Source: an uncultured Anaerolineales bacterium (GTDB lineage: Bacteria > Chloroflexota > Anaerolineae > Anaerolineales > RBG-16-64-43). From it: a DNA stretch of 64,000 nucleotides. The stretch covers positions 1,853-65,852 of the forward strand of contig CAYGXJ010000078.1 of NCBI GenBank assembly GCA_964353865.1. The letters are read 5' to 3'. This document shows, piece by piece, positions 28,559 to 37,907 of this stretch. The notes under the pieces were generated by a model, which saw only the letters and a program-made list of their open reading frames with translations, was not told the origin of the DNA and made no database searches. Position 1 is the stretch's first letter. The number at the start of each line of letters is the position of its first letter. The position numbers and the translations under genes were made by a program.

Positions 28559-29571
28559 GCGGCGGATGCCGCAGCCGCGATGCCGCGACGCAGCGCCTCG
28601 AGCACGCCCGCCTCGACGGCCAGACGGGCCACGCGCACCGCATTCTTGATGGCGTACGCATCGGAACGCCCGTGGCCGATGAATACCAGCCCGTCCACAC
28701 CCAAGAGGGGCGCGGCGCCTTCCTCGGTCGGATCGAGCATCTTGCGAATTCCGCCGACGGTCGGTTTGACCAGCAACCCGCCCAGCTTGACCCACGGCGG
28801 GGCCGCTTGAATGCGTTCACGCATGAGTTCGAGGATGAGCTTCGCCACGGCTTCGGAGGATTTGAGCAGGATGTTGCCGGAGAACCCGTCGGTCACCACG
28901 ACGTCCGCCTCGCCGGCGATGAGCTCTTTGGGTTCGAGGTTGCCGACGAAATTGAGCCCGGAGGCCGCCAGCAGCGGGTAGGTGTCCTTGATCAGCTGGT
29001 TGCCTTTGCCCGCCTCTTCGCCGTTGGAGAGCAGGCCCACTCGCGGCTGAGGCACTCCGCGCACGCGTTCGGCGTAAATGACGCCCATGATGGCAAACTG
29101 CAACAGGTTCTCCGGTTTGCAGTCCGGGTTGGCGCCGATATCCAGCACGACGCAACTGCCGCGCTTGGTCGGGAAGACCGGCGCCAAGGCGGGGCGCTCC
29201 ACGCCGGGCAGAGTCCCCATGCGGAAGTAGGCCACCGCTGCCGCGGCACCGGTGTTGCCCGCGGTGACGAAGGCGTGGGCCTCGCCCGAGCGCACTAGAT
29301 CGATGCCCACCGCCATCGAGTTGCGCGCCTCCTTGCGCTTGGCTTTGAGCGCCAGCGCCAGCCCTTTGTCTTCCATGGTCAAGACGTCTGGTGCATGGAC
29401 GATGCGCACGGGCGCCGCCCCGGGACGCAACTCGTCGAGCACCGGCCCCAGCGCGCTTTCGTTGCCCACCAGCAAAACCTCTGCGCCGTATTCGCGTGCG
29501 GCTGCCAGCCCGCCCTCCACATCCGGGCGAGGATGGCGGTCGGAGCCCATGGCGTCAAGTGCAATCTTCAT
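28555..29571 (-). CDS. plsX: phosphate acyltransferase PlsX
   Basis: MKIALDAMGSD..., VLLVG, VTAGNTGA, LDIGANPDCKPENL, GFSGNILLK, GHGRSD. Start trimmed to ATG 29571. Confidence 0.93.
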   Translation of the reverse strand: MKIALDAMGSDRHPRPDVEGGLAAAREYGAEVLLVGNESALGPVLDELRPGAAPVRIVHAPDVLTMEDKGLALALKAKRKEARNSMAVGIDLVRSGEAHAFVTAGNTGAAAAVAYFRMGTLPGVERPALAPVFPTKRGSCVVLDIGANPDCKPENLLQFAIMGVIYAERVRGVPQPRVGLLSNGEEAGKGNQLIKDTYPLLAASGLNFVGNLEPKELIAGEADVVVTDGFSGNILLKSSEAVAKLILELMRERIQAAPPWVKLGGLLVKPTVGGIRKMLDPTEEGAAPLLGVDGLVFIGHGRSDAYAIKNAVRVARLAVEAGVLEALRRGIAAAASAA

Positions 29572-29739
29572 CACGCACCCCTCGTCAAAACCGGGAGAAG
29601 CTGGCCTGGATGATAGCACAATTGAGAACGCCGCCGGCCCGCACCCCGATGCGGCACGCGCAGTGCAGATTGCGCGCGGGCTGTCACCTGCGGTTGACAG
29701 CCGCGGAGGCCCAGATATAATTCACCCGCACGCCCTCGC

Positions 29740-29821
29740 GCGCTGGTGCTGGAACTGGCAGACAGGCATGGTTGAGGGCCATGTGCCGCAAGGCGTGGGG
29801 GTTCAACTCCCCCCCAGCGCA
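29740..29821 (+). tRNA. tRNA-Leu (anticodon GAG)
   Basis: Hand-folded. Acceptor GCGCTGG/CCAGCGC, 3-bp D stem CTG/CAG, anticodon stem CATGG/CCATG with loop TTGAGGG, 13-nt variable arm, T arm GGGGG-TTCAACT-CCCCC, discriminator A. CCA is not encoded. Confidence 0.9.
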
Positions 29822-29824
29822 CAA

Positions 29825-29858
29825 CTCCGCCGCAGATTTCGCGGCGGAGTTTTTATTT
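29825..29858. terminator. rho-independent terminator (CTCCGCCGC-AGATTTC-GCGGCGGAG-TTTTTATTT)
   Basis: Perfect 9-bp stem immediately after tRNA-Leu. It also faces the 3' end of the minus-strand ABC ATPase gene. Confidence 0.85.
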
Positions 29859-29874
29859 GCAGCACGCTTCGCCT

Positions 29875-30633
29875 TCAGTGGACCTTCTGCAAGAAGCGCG
29901 CGGTGCGCGGGTCGGTCGGCTTGGAGAAGATCTGTTCAGGCGGCCCGTCTTCCACAAAAATGCCCTGATCCATGTACACCACCCGGTCCGCCACGTCGCG
30001 CGCAAAGCCCATTTCGTGCGAGACGACGATCATGGTCGTGCCTTCGCTGGCTAGGTTCTTCATCACGTCGAGCACCTCGCCGATGAGTTCCGGGTCGAGG
30101 GCCGAGGTGGGCTCGTCGAAGAGCATCACCTTGGGTTCCATGGCCAGCGCGCGGGCGATCGCCACGCGCTGCTTCTGCCCGCCCGAGAGGCGGGAGGGGT
30201 ACTCGTCGCGCTTGGAGAGCAACCCCACTTTTTCAAGCAGCGTCTCGCCGACACGCGCCGCCTGTTCGCGAGGGCGGTTCTTGACCGTGATCGGGGCTTC
30301 GGTCACGTTTTCGAGCGCGGTCAGATGGGGGAACAGGTTGAAATCCTGAAAGACCATTCCTGTGCGCAGTCGAATGTCGCGCACGGCATCTCGGAATTCG
30401 CGCGCCACGTGCCCGTTCTCAGCGCAAACGCGGATGCCGTCGACGACGATCTCGCCCGAGGAGGGTTCCTCCAGGCAGTTGAGGCAGCGCAGCAGGGTCG
30501 ACTTGCCCGATCCGCTGCGCCCGATGATCACCACCACCTCGCGCGGGTACACGTCGAACGAGACGTCGCGCAGCACGTGCAGCCGCCCGAAGAACTTATG
30601 TAGATTGCGGACGTGAATAACGGGTTCGCTCAT
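29875..30633 (-). CDS. amino-acid ABC transporter ATP-binding protein (GlnQ/HisP-like)
   Basis: Walker [10 protein letters not shown], signature [15 protein letters not shown], Walker [15 protein letters not shown] 30633 overlaps the permease stop (ATGA). Confidence 0.93.
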   Translation of the reverse strand: MSEPVIHVRNLHKFFGRLHVLRDVSFDVYPREVVVIIGRSGSGKSTLLRCLNCLEEPSSGEIVVDGIRVCAENGHVAREFRDAVRDIRLRTGMVFQDFNLFPHLTALENVTEAPITVKNRPREQAARVGETLLEKVGLLSKRDEYPSRLSGGQKQRVAIARALAMEPKVMLFDEPTSALDPELIGEVLDVMKNLASEGTTMIVVSHEMGFARDVADRVVYMDQGIFVEDGPPEQIFSKPTDPRTARFLQKVH

Positions 30634-31892
30634 CGTTCGCCTCGCGCCATGCGCCGCTCCAGGCGTTCCTGGAACGCCGAGAAGACCATGGTCAGCATCC
30701 AGTAGAAGACGGCCGCCACGAACAGGGTTTCCATGCTGTGGAAATACTGCCGGCCGATCTTTTGGGCGCGGAAGAGAACCTCCCACACACCCATGATGTA
30801 GACCAGCGATGAATCCTTGAGCATGGCGATGAACTCATTGCCCACCGGCGGGATGATCAGCCGCACCGCCTGGGGCAGGATCACGCGCTGCATTGTCTGG
30901 CGCCCGGTCATGCCCAAGGCATAGGCTGCCTCGGTCTGCCCCTTGCCGATGGACTGAATCCCGGCGCGGAAGATCTCGGTCATGTAGGCGCCGTAGTTGA
31001 GTGACAGGGCAAAGATACCCGAGGGCACCGGGTCCCACGTCAGCCAGGTGACGTGCAGGGCCTGGCCGATCTGCGGCAACGCGAGGAACACGAAGAAGAT
31101 CTGCACCACCAGCGGTGTGCCGCGGATGAGCGAGATATAGAAGGTAGCCAGGGCGTAAAAGGGAGGGAAGCGCGAGAGCCGCCCCAAAGCGCCCACCAGC
31201 GCCAGGCCCATGGCGAATAGGATCGAAAGCAGCGAAATGCCGATGGTCAGGCCCACGCCTTCGACGAAGGGGATGGGCACCGAGAGCAGGGGGTGAACAC
31301 GGGTGTTCACCGACAGCGACTGCGAGCCCAGGCCGACAACGAATAGAATGCCGCCCAGCACCAGCAGCGGCAGCATGATGCGTCGCCGCCGCTTGGGTTC
31401 GCCGCGCGCGATGTAAGCCAGACCCGCGCCGGCCAGCATCAGCACGCCTGCCGCGATCAATCGCCTTGCGGAATCCGCGCGGCCCAGCAATGCCGCGCTT
31501 TCGGCATTCACCCCCGGGACAGTGCCGGGCGTGGTGAGTAGAACCAGGCCGCCGACCAGCATCCACAGGGAGGTGAAACCGATCAGCAGGGTCGCGCCGA
31601 CGGCCATCCAGCGGCGGGCCGGGAATCCGACGGCCGCGGTGCCCAGTAACAGGATGCCCATCGGCACCAGCACCGAGGTGATGGTGGTGTAACCGGCGAT
31701 GAACGGCACCCACTTGAGCATGAAGCTCAAGTCGAGGCGGATGGCGCTCATCAATCCGGCCAACGCCAGGAGTAGTACGGCCCACGAAGCGAAGTTGCCG
31801 GCCGAGAACCGCGCGGCGCGCCGCCGCACATGCTCGGCTACCTGCTTTTCGACCTTCTGGCCTTCACGAGCAGGATCAGTTGAGTTGTCCAT
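30630..31892 (-). CDS. amino-acid ABC transporter permease with extended N-terminal membrane domain
   Basis: C-terminal HisM/GlnP-type domain ([22 protein letters not shown]) preceded by about 200 aa of additional TM helices. Confidence 0.85.
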   Translation of the reverse strand: MDNSTDPAREGQKVEKQVAEHVRRRAARFSAGNFASWAVLLLALAGLMSAIRLDLSFMLKWVPFIAGYTTITSVLVPMGILLLGTAAVGFPARRWMAVGATLLIGFTSLWMLVGGLVLLTTPGTVPGVNAESAALLGRADSARRLIAAGVLMLAGAGLAYIARGEPKRRRRIMLPLLVLGGILFVVGLGSQSLSVNTRVHPLLSVPIPFVEGVGLTIGISLLSILFAMGLALVGALGRLSRFPPFYALATFYISLIRGTPLVVQIFFVFLALPQIGQALHVTWLTWDPVPSGIFALSLNYGAYMTEIFRAGIQSIGKGQTEAAYALGMTGRQTMQRVILPQAVRLIIPPVGNEFIAMLKDSSLVYIMGVWEVLFRAQKIGRQYFHSMETLFVAAVFYWMLTMVFSAFQERLERRMARGER

Positions 31893-31996
31893 TGTTGGCT
31901 GAGCCCACGGGAGCGTTCAGCAGCGGGGGATGGTCCAGGAGCCGGGAGGAAGACCCGGCTCCTGGCAGGTCTATGCGGTTCGTCGGCAAGACAGGG

Positions 31997-32854
31997 TCAC
32001 TGTCCAACTTTGCGTGCCAGATCGACCTTGTACCACTTCATCGAAAGGCTGGTGAGCGTGCCGTCATTGCGCATGGCTGTGATGATCTCGCTCACCTTGG
32101 CCGCCAGGGAGGTTGGATCCTTGCTGGCCGACTTGTCAATGGCCATGGCCAGAGCCTCGTAGTACACCGGGGCGCCGAGGGTTTTGATCTGGATGCCGCC
32201 CTCCTGCGCGCCAAAGACGGTCGTGGAGTTGGTCAGCCAGGCCTCGAAGTCCATGCGGCCGGCGGCCCACGCCTGCGCGCACTCCTGGTCGGTGGGGTAG
32301 GTTACGACCTGAGCGCCGGTCACCTGGTATATGATCTTTTCCCCGATCAGGGTCAGGCTGTCGTTATTCTGCAGGTAGGATTCATAGGTGGTGGCGGCCG
32401 CGGTGCAGATTGATTTCCCGTTCAGCTCCTCCACCTTGGTCAGGGTCGAGTTGTCTAGCACGGCAAACTGCGCGGGCGAATAGTAGTAGGGTTCGGTGAA
32501 CAACAGGACCTGGGCGCGCTCTTCGGTCGGGGTCATCGAGCCGATCGAGACGTCCCAGCGGTCGCCCCAGTGGCCGGAGGTGATGGTATCCCAGTCGGGA
32601 GTCACAAACTCGACTTTGACTCCCAGGCGCTTGGCGACTTCCTTGGCCGCATCGACATCGAATCCGTCGAGCTGGCCCTGCTCGTTGAGGAATGACTGGG
32701 GCGCGTAGTTGGGATCGGTCGAGACGCGCAAGACACCGCGCGATAGGACATCGGCCAGGAGATCGGGCGCGGCGGTGGGGGCCGCGGTCTGGCAGGCAGC
32801 CACCATCAGGCTGAGTGCGAGGAGCGCGGTCGTAATCCGAATCAGGCGTTTCAT
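31997..32854 (-). CDS. amino-acid ABC transporter substrate-binding lipoprotein (SBP family 3)
   Basis: Lipobox MVAAC. LRVSTDPNYAPQSF...GFDVDAAKEVAKRLGVKVEFV. Confidence 0.88.
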   Translation of the reverse strand: MKRLIRITTALLALSLMVAACQTAAPTAAPDLLADVLSRGVLRVSTDPNYAPQSFLNEQGQLDGFDVDAAKEVAKRLGVKVEFVTPDWDTITSGHWGDRWDVSIGSMTPTEERAQVLLFTEPYYYSPAQFAVLDNSTLTKVEELNGKSICTAAATTYESYLQNNDSLTLIGEKIIYQVTGAQVVTYPTDQECAQAWAAGRMDFEAWLTNSTTVFGAQEGGIQIKTLGAPVYYEALAMAIDKSASKDPTSLAAKVSEIITAMRNDGTLTSLSMKWYKVDLARKVGQ

Positions 32855-32964
32855 TCTCTTCCTCCCTCACAAAGGTCGGATGCATACGCTGGCGATACGG
32901 AATCGACGCTGTGATTGCGCTGAGGACTCACCTCCCTCCAGAGGTCAGTTCAGTGGGGTTTGAA

Positions 32965-32994
32965 GGATTATAGCATAGCCCTGAGGCAGGGCAA
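32965..32994 (-). promoter_or_regulatory. putative promoter of the ABC-transporter operon (TTGCCC-N16-TGCTATAAT on the minus strand)
   Basis: Reverse complement of 32965-32977 is TATGCTATAATCC, identical to the dnaE promoter core. About 110 nt upstream of ATG 32854. Confidence 0.5.
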
Positions 32995-33031
32995 GCACCG
33001 TTTCACGGGGCGTCAGGCGAGCGGGTTCGGC

Positions 33032-34216
33032 TCAATACGTGGGCCGCGCGTGCATCTGATCCAGATGCATCATATCGTGGCGGGCGATAAACGAGACCTG
33101 CTCGGCCAAGGTGGTCGGGCCGAAGATGGCGTGCCGCCCGGGGCGCTGCCAGGCCTGCGGCGGCAGGCCGAGCAGCAACTCCACCGTCCGGCTGCGCGCC
33201 TCGACAAAGGCCTGCAGCGAGGCCGGTCCGTTCTGCGCGCGATAGTTGCGCTGTTCGGCCCACAGGTCGGATTCGACCGCCGGAAGGAAAGGGTTCTCGC
33301 TGCCAGTGAGCATTTCGATGCGCGGCTGGGTGATCTCGCGTTCGACATCGCGCAGGTGGCAGGCAATCTCGGTGGGTCCCCAATCGGCATCGAGCGGACC
33401 GATGGACCAACCCGTAAACTCGGCAAAAGTGGTGAGCACCGCGCCCAGATGACCCCGCAGCACGTGCGGCAGAGCCATCGGGTCGGGCGGGTTGACCTGC
33501 CCGCACTTGTCCGCGTCTTCGAGCAGTGCCTGATACAAATCGGCCAGCGAGCCGGCGCTCAGCCTCCCGTCGCCGCTGCGGTGCGTTTCACCGGTCACCC
33601 AGAACGTGCGCAGGCCGAGGCGCTGCGCCGGGCGGATGTCCATCTCCAGGTCGTCGCCCACGAGCAGTGTTTCTTCCGGCTGCGAGCCCAGGCGGGCCAA
33701 GACCTCAGCGAAGTACTCAGGATGCGGCTTGGCGAAGTGTGCCTCCTCGTAAGAGGTGATCAGATCAAAGGGATTGGCCCGCGGCGCAAGGCCCGCCCAA
33801 TCCAGACGTTGCTCGATGGCGGTGCGTGGAAAGAGCGGGTTGGTCACCACCGCCACCTTCCACTTGCGCTCGAAGGCCATGCGGACCAGCTCGGGAGCCA
33901 TGGCCACGGGTTGGGTATGAAGGCGCAGCTCTGGAAAGTGCCGCACGTAGAAATCTTCGATGGCCCCACGCACGGCCTGGGGGTCGAGGTGCAGCGAAGG
34001 GTAGAAGACCTCGTCGAACACCTGGCGCAGGGATTGCCCGGGGCGCTCATTGGCCAACATGGCTTGCGTGCCCGCCATGAGCGCTGCGACCATCCCTTCC
34101 GGTTCGGCGAAGGCCGCCAGGTGCTCGCCCAGCAGCGCCAGGTAGGCCCTGATGAAGCGCCGCATGTCGTTGGCCAGCAGCGTGTTATCCAAGTCGCAGA
34201 GCAGCGTCGAGATCAT
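33032..34216 (-). CDS. HAD-superfamily hydrolase fused to a DinB-like C-terminal domain
   Basis: HAD motifs LLCDLDNTL, VVTNP, KPHPEYF, VGDDLEMD. C-terminus IACHLRDVE...HDMMHLDQM is a DinB-like His triad pattern. Confidence 0.75.
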   Translation of the reverse strand: MISTLLCDLDNTLLANDMRRFIRAYLALLGEHLAAFAEPEGMVAALMAGTQAMLANERPGQSLRQVFDEVFYPSLHLDPQAVRGAIEDFYVRHFPELRLHTQPVAMAPELVRMAFERKWKVAVVTNPLFPRTAIEQRLDWAGLAPRANPFDLITSYEEAHFAKPHPEYFAEVLARLGSQPEETLLVGDDLEMDIRPAQRLGLRTFWVTGETHRSGDGRLSAGSLADLYQALLEDADKCGQVNPPDPMALPHVLRGHLGAVLTTFAEFTGWSIGPLDADWGPTEIACHLRDVEREITQPRIEMLTGSENPFLPAVESDLWAEQRNYRAQNGPASLQAFVEARSRTVELLLGLPPQAWQRPGRHAIFGPTTLAEQVSFIARHDMMHLDQMHARPTY

Positions 34217-34554
34217 GGGTGGGCGTCCGGCCCCAGGCGCAACTTCTCGAATTCAAGGTGACATTGGCCGCAACCGATTTCCGGTTCGCGCACTGCGTCA
34301 TTGCTCTTGCGGCAGCGGGCAATGATTTCCATGCGGCGCCCCAGGCCGAGCCAGCCGGTGCGCACGCTGGCCGCAAGTACGAGATTCGGGCAGGCATTGG
34401 CCAGCAGGATGCGCGGCACCGGGCAACGGCCGCACAATCCCGGGCGCCACTCGTGAGCTGCCGCGGCCGGCAGCAGGCGGCACTCGCGCCGCTCGCGGCC
34501 GCGGAAGTAGTCCCCGAAGTAGTAGCGGCATTCAGTGCCGGCAGGGGTGCGCAT
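34213..34554 (-). CDS. Cys-rich small hypothetical protein (8 Cys, two CxxC pairs)
   Basis: 113 aa containing CGRC and CGQC. Its stop overlaps the HAD-DinB start (ATGA). I recognise no family. Confidence 0.5.
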   Translation of the reverse strand: MRTPAGTECRYYFGDYFRGRERRECRLLPAAAAHEWRPGLCGRCPVPRILLANACPNLVLAASVRTGWLGLGRRMEIIARCRKSNDAVREPEIGCGQCHLEFEKLRLGPDAHP

Positions 34555-34620
34555 CGTGTAGAGGGTTTGCTCGTGCGGCCCACGCGGGCCTCAGTTGCCC
34601 GCCGGGGCCGTTCCCAGCTG

Positions 34621-35178
34621 TCACACGCGGGTCAAATAGGCCCCGTTGCGGGTGTCCACCCGGATCACATCACCGGCATTGACGAACAACGGGACCGACA
34701 CCTTGAGGCCTGTTTCGGTGGTCACCAACTTGGTGGCCCCGGTTGCGGTATCGCCCTTCACCCCCACCTCGGCCTGGATCACTTTCAGATCAACGGAGGC
34801 CGGCAGCTCGACATCCAGGTGTTCGCCATTGAAAAAGGTGAGCTTGACTTCGAGCCCTTCCTTGATGAAGCCTTGACCCTCGCCGATCACCGCCCGGGCG
34901 ATGGGCGATTGCTCGTAGGTCTGGCTGTCCATGAAGTACATGAAGTTCTCGTCGGAGTACAGGAAGGAGGCCATGTGGTGGTCGAGGCGGATGTCCTGCA
35001 CTCGATCTCCGGATTGGAAGGTGCGTTCCATCGTGCCGCCGGTGCGCAGGTCGCGCACGCGGGTGCGAATGGTGGCATTGCCGCGGCCAGGCTTGTTGTG
35101 CGAGTACTCGAGAACTTTGTACAGATGCCCGTCGAATTCGAAGGTAACCCCTTTGCGCAAATCGTTGACGTCGATCAT
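34621..35178 (-). CDS. efp: elongation factor P
   Basis: MIDVNDLRKGVTFEFDGHLYKVLEYSHNKPGRGNA...; 185 aa with full three-domain EF-P colinearity. Start trimmed to ATG 35178. Confidence 0.95.
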   Translation of the reverse strand: MIDVNDLRKGVTFEFDGHLYKVLEYSHNKPGRGNATIRTRVRDLRTGGTMERTFQSGDRVQDIRLDHHMASFLYSDENFMYFMDSQTYEQSPIARAVIGEGQGFIKEGLEVKLTFFNGEHLDVELPASVDLKVIQAEVGVKGDTATGATKLVTTETGLKVSVPLFVNAGDVIRVDTRNGAYLTRV

Positions 35179-35251
35179 TCCGGTGCCCAGCGTCCTTTCT
35201 GCGAGATCGCGGGCGATTATACCGCCTGGGCGGGGTGGGTGGCTGGCCGGC

Positions 35252-35605
35252 TCAGCCGATCGGGTAGCGCATGTGCTGGCCGCCAATGAGATGCAGGTGC
35301 AGATGGCGGACGATTTGTCCGGAGTCGGCGCCGGTGTTGATGATCACGCGGTAACCGCTTTCGTGCACGCCCTCCCGGCGGGCGACATCCGCGGCAGCCA
35401 GCAGTAACCGCGCGGCGAGGTCGGCGCCCGCCTCGGCCAGCCCGTTCAGGCCCGCCACATGACGGTTGGGGACGATCAGCACGTGGACCGGGGCCGCGGG
35501 GTGGATGTCGCGGAAGGTGGTCACCCATTCGTCGTGATAGATGATCTGTGCCGGTGCGGCGCGAGTCACGATTTTGCAGAAGAGGCACTCGGGATGGGAG
35601 TCCAT
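35252..35605 (-). CDS. HIT-family (histidine triad) protein
   Basis: CLFCKI...HVLIVPNRH...HLHLHLIGG. ATG 35605 preferred over TTG 35620. Confidence 0.9.
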   Translation of the reverse strand: MDSHPECLFCKIVTRAAPAQIIYHDEWVTTFRDIHPAAPVHVLIVPNRHVAGLNGLAEAGADLAARLLLAAADVARREGVHESGYRVIINTGADSGQIVRHLHLHLIGGQHMRYPIG

Positions 35606-35649
35606 GGTCAGTCCTGACAACCGGTTGGCTCGCTCGAGTCTGTGGCGGG

Positions 35650-36190
35650 GAGCCCGAGAAAGACGCCGTTCTCAAGCGCGGCCAGGCGGGTGGGGAGAAT
35701 GCGGTTCGCCAGGCCGGCTGGCGCGCGGCGCGAGCCGCAGCCGGCCGCGTGACGCAGAAGGGGCAGCGGTTGTCGCAGCCGTCTTGCACTTTAAGGAAGG
35801 CGTGCGTGCGCCGGCGCGGAGCGGGGGGCGGCGCGCGGCCATAGGGGCATCCCTCTGCGCCCCGGCGAGGCTCTCGCGCAGGGCCGCTTTGCCTGCATTT
35901 GCGACCACCCGGCTGACGCCCGGCAACGCGCGCGCTTCGCCCGCGGCGAGTGTGGCCCAACAGCCGGTGAGCACGAGGCGTGCCTGAGGCGCCAGGGCAT
36001 GCAGGCGGCGGGCGGCGCTGCGCGAATCGCGCTCGGCCTCCCTCGTCACGGCGCAGGTGTTGAGCACGATCACTTCGGCCTGGGCCGGGCGCGCGACGAT
36101 CTCGTCACCCGTGGCATGAAATCGCAGCGCGAGGGAGTCAATCTCGCTTTGATTGAGCCGGCAGCCGACCGTATCGAAGAAGACGCGCAT
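35650..36190 (-). pseudogene. decayed remnant of a MiaB/MtaB-type radical-SAM methylthiotransferase
   Basis: One frame holds the N-terminal UPF0004-type domain (MRVFFDTVGCRLNQSE...VIVLNTCAVT). The radical-SAM motif FLKVQDGCDNRCPFC appears only in a second frame. A third frame gives ILPTRLAALENGV.... The rest of the enzyme is absent because the HIT gene follows. Confidence 0.65.
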
Positions 36191-36272
36191 CGCTCACCTG
36201 GGCCGCGCGCATGAGGCCGCGTTGTACGGCCAAGCAGCGATGACCGCTGCAAGAGACCGGTGGCGCGCCGGC

Positions 36273-36914
36273 TTACGGCGCGCGGACGACGAAGTTATCG
36301 AATTGAATGTCGGTGCCCGGGGTATCGTACGTCCCCGCGATCAGACCTACATCGCCATCGGTGAGATCGCCATCAATGGCCGCGGCCACCTGCGTCCCGT
36401 TGGCAAGCAGGGTCAGCGAATTGCCTAGACAATCGAAGCGGACAGCATTCCTGCCATTGCCCTGACGAATAGCATCACTTTTCGTTATCAGTTCTCCCGA
36501 TATCAACGATTGCTTCCCGCCCGAGACCTTGCTAATGCCGGCGAAGCCGTCGCTCGAGATCAAAGCGAAGTAGAAGTTCTCCGTGTCGCGGTATCGGCAG
36601 ATGACCCCCAAGCCGTTGTCGTCGGACCCGCCGACCTTGGTGGCCTCCACCTCCACGCGGACATCGGTGAAACTGCGACCGGGGTTGGCCCAATAGTAAC
36701 TCATGGCTTCGTTGATTAGGATGCGATAGATACCGTCCACGTAGTCGGTAACGGCGGTGTCGGAGGATAACTTGTCCCAGCCGCTGCCGCTATCTGAGAA
36801 GTCGTCTTGGAACAGGATGCTGGTATCGCTGCCCGATGTGGCGGTGCCGCTTGTCAGGCTGCATCCCAGCGTGAGTGCACTGGCAAGCACAAGAACAAGA
36901 GCGAACCTCGACAC
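36273..36914 (-). CDS. secreted lipoprotein, predicted beta-sandwich, unknown function
   Basis: Lipobox LTLGCS. Ser/Thr/Asp/Gly-rich composition. Locally lower GC than the neighbouring genes. Confidence 0.65.
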   Translation of the reverse strand: MSRFALVLVLASALTLGCSLTSGTATSGSDTSILFQDDFSDSGSGWDKLSSDTAVTDYVDGIYRILINEAMSYYWANPGRSFTDVRVEVEATKVGGSDDNGLGVICRYRDTENFYFALISSDGFAGISKVSGGKQSLISGELITKSDAIRQGNGRNAVRFDCLGNSLTLLANGTQVAAAIDGDLTDGDVGLIAGTYDTPGTDIQFDNFVVRAP

Positions 36915-37549
36915 TGCTAGTCTCCTCCGGAGTTGAGTTGGTTTGTGGCCGACCCGGCCCGTTATGCGAGATCGCGCGAGACAACCCCGCGCGACCGTAT
37001 CGTCTCACCGCCGGCCTGAGGATACCCCGAAATCGGGCCGCCTTCAAGGTGCCAATGCATGGTCCAAGAGGGAGGGCTATGAAGTGCCCGTTAAGGCGAA
37101 GGGCAGGCGAAGAGACGGGGGCCGGGATGTCGCGTGAGAACGCGGTTTGGATGAGGCCCAAGGAAGATGCAAGCCGCTCGTTGTTGATGGGGAGATGGAT
37201 TGACCCCGCGAGAATGCCCCATCCTTCGACTTCGATTGTCCTCCTGGATCCCCGCTTCGAGCACTCGGGGATGACGTTCGTGACGCAACTGGAGGCGCTG
37301 CAGTCGAGTAGGTGGAAGGTCCCCCGCCAGACGAGTCCCAAGACTACCGCACAGCTAGTTGCACCAGCGCACGAAGGGCCGAACGAGGTTGCAGCCTCCA
37401 CCTCCCTCGTCAATATGAATTGAAGCGCGCACTGGCACGCCGGTTGCAGCCCTCAGGCGGAGCGCGCAGACGTCTGGAGGTGCCGCATGCAGCCAAGCGC
37501 GGCTGGGCATTTGTGCTATTATCCCGTCGGGAGTGCCAGCCAGCAGCCT

Positions 37550-37777
37550 ATGGCCCATGAAATCCAAGCGTATTGCGTGCGCTGCAAGGCCCAACGCCCG
37601 ATGGTGGAGGTGGAATACCTCAACACCCGCAACGGGCGGCCGGCAGCGCGGGGCAAATGCGCAAAGTGCGGGACGGTGACGATGAAGTTTCTCAAGTCGC
37701 TGCCGCCTCCGGCGCCCATGCTCGAGCCCCCCGCAGAAGACAAGACCGAGGACCTGGCGGCGACCGACAGCCGTTAG
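37550..37777 (+). CDS. small zinc-ribbon protein (DUF5679-like)
   Basis: AYCVRCKAQRPM...NGRPAARGKCAKCGT has two CxxC pairs, followed by a Pro-rich tail. Start trimmed to ATG 37550. Confidence 0.6.
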   Translation: MAHEIQAYCVRCKAQRPMVEVEYLNTRNGRPAARGKCAKCGTVTMKFLKSLPPPAPMLEPPAEDKTEDLAATDSR

Positions 37778-37907
37778 CCCGGGGGCGCCCGCCGTCGGGC
37801 GCTGCCCTCCAAGCCCGCCTGCGTCGCGTGCGTCGGGTGCAGACTGCTCGAAGCGCACAAGCCAATCGTTGGATAAGGCGCGCGCCGTGCGCCGCGCCGA
37901 TGGATGG

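Noticed and set aside
34621-35178. EF-P with Arg (KPGRG) instead of Lys at the loop tip, read as a sign of a novel modification system.
   Set aside because: Arg at this position is known from other lineages, for example Thermus-type and EarP-modified EF-Ps. No candidate modification gene is adjacent, so there is nothing to support novelty from this window.
35217-35960. The 247-aa ORF overlapping efp, the HIT gene and the MtaB remnant, read as a real gene.
   Set aside because: Only about 20 residues (FLKVQDGCDNRCPFC) carry signal, and they belong to the frameshifted methylthiotransferase remnant. The remainder is an Arg/Pro-rich shadow of the HIT and efp region.
36915-37549. RNase P RNA, tmRNA, SRP RNA, a cobalamin riboswitch or a group II intron in the unassigned 630-bp region.
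   Set aside because: I could not find the diagnostic cores on either strand: GAGGAAAGUCC...ACAGAA for RNase P, a tRNA-like acceptor/T-arm with CCA for tmRNA, an SRP helix-8 motif, or a B12 box. It is kept only as an unexplained region.
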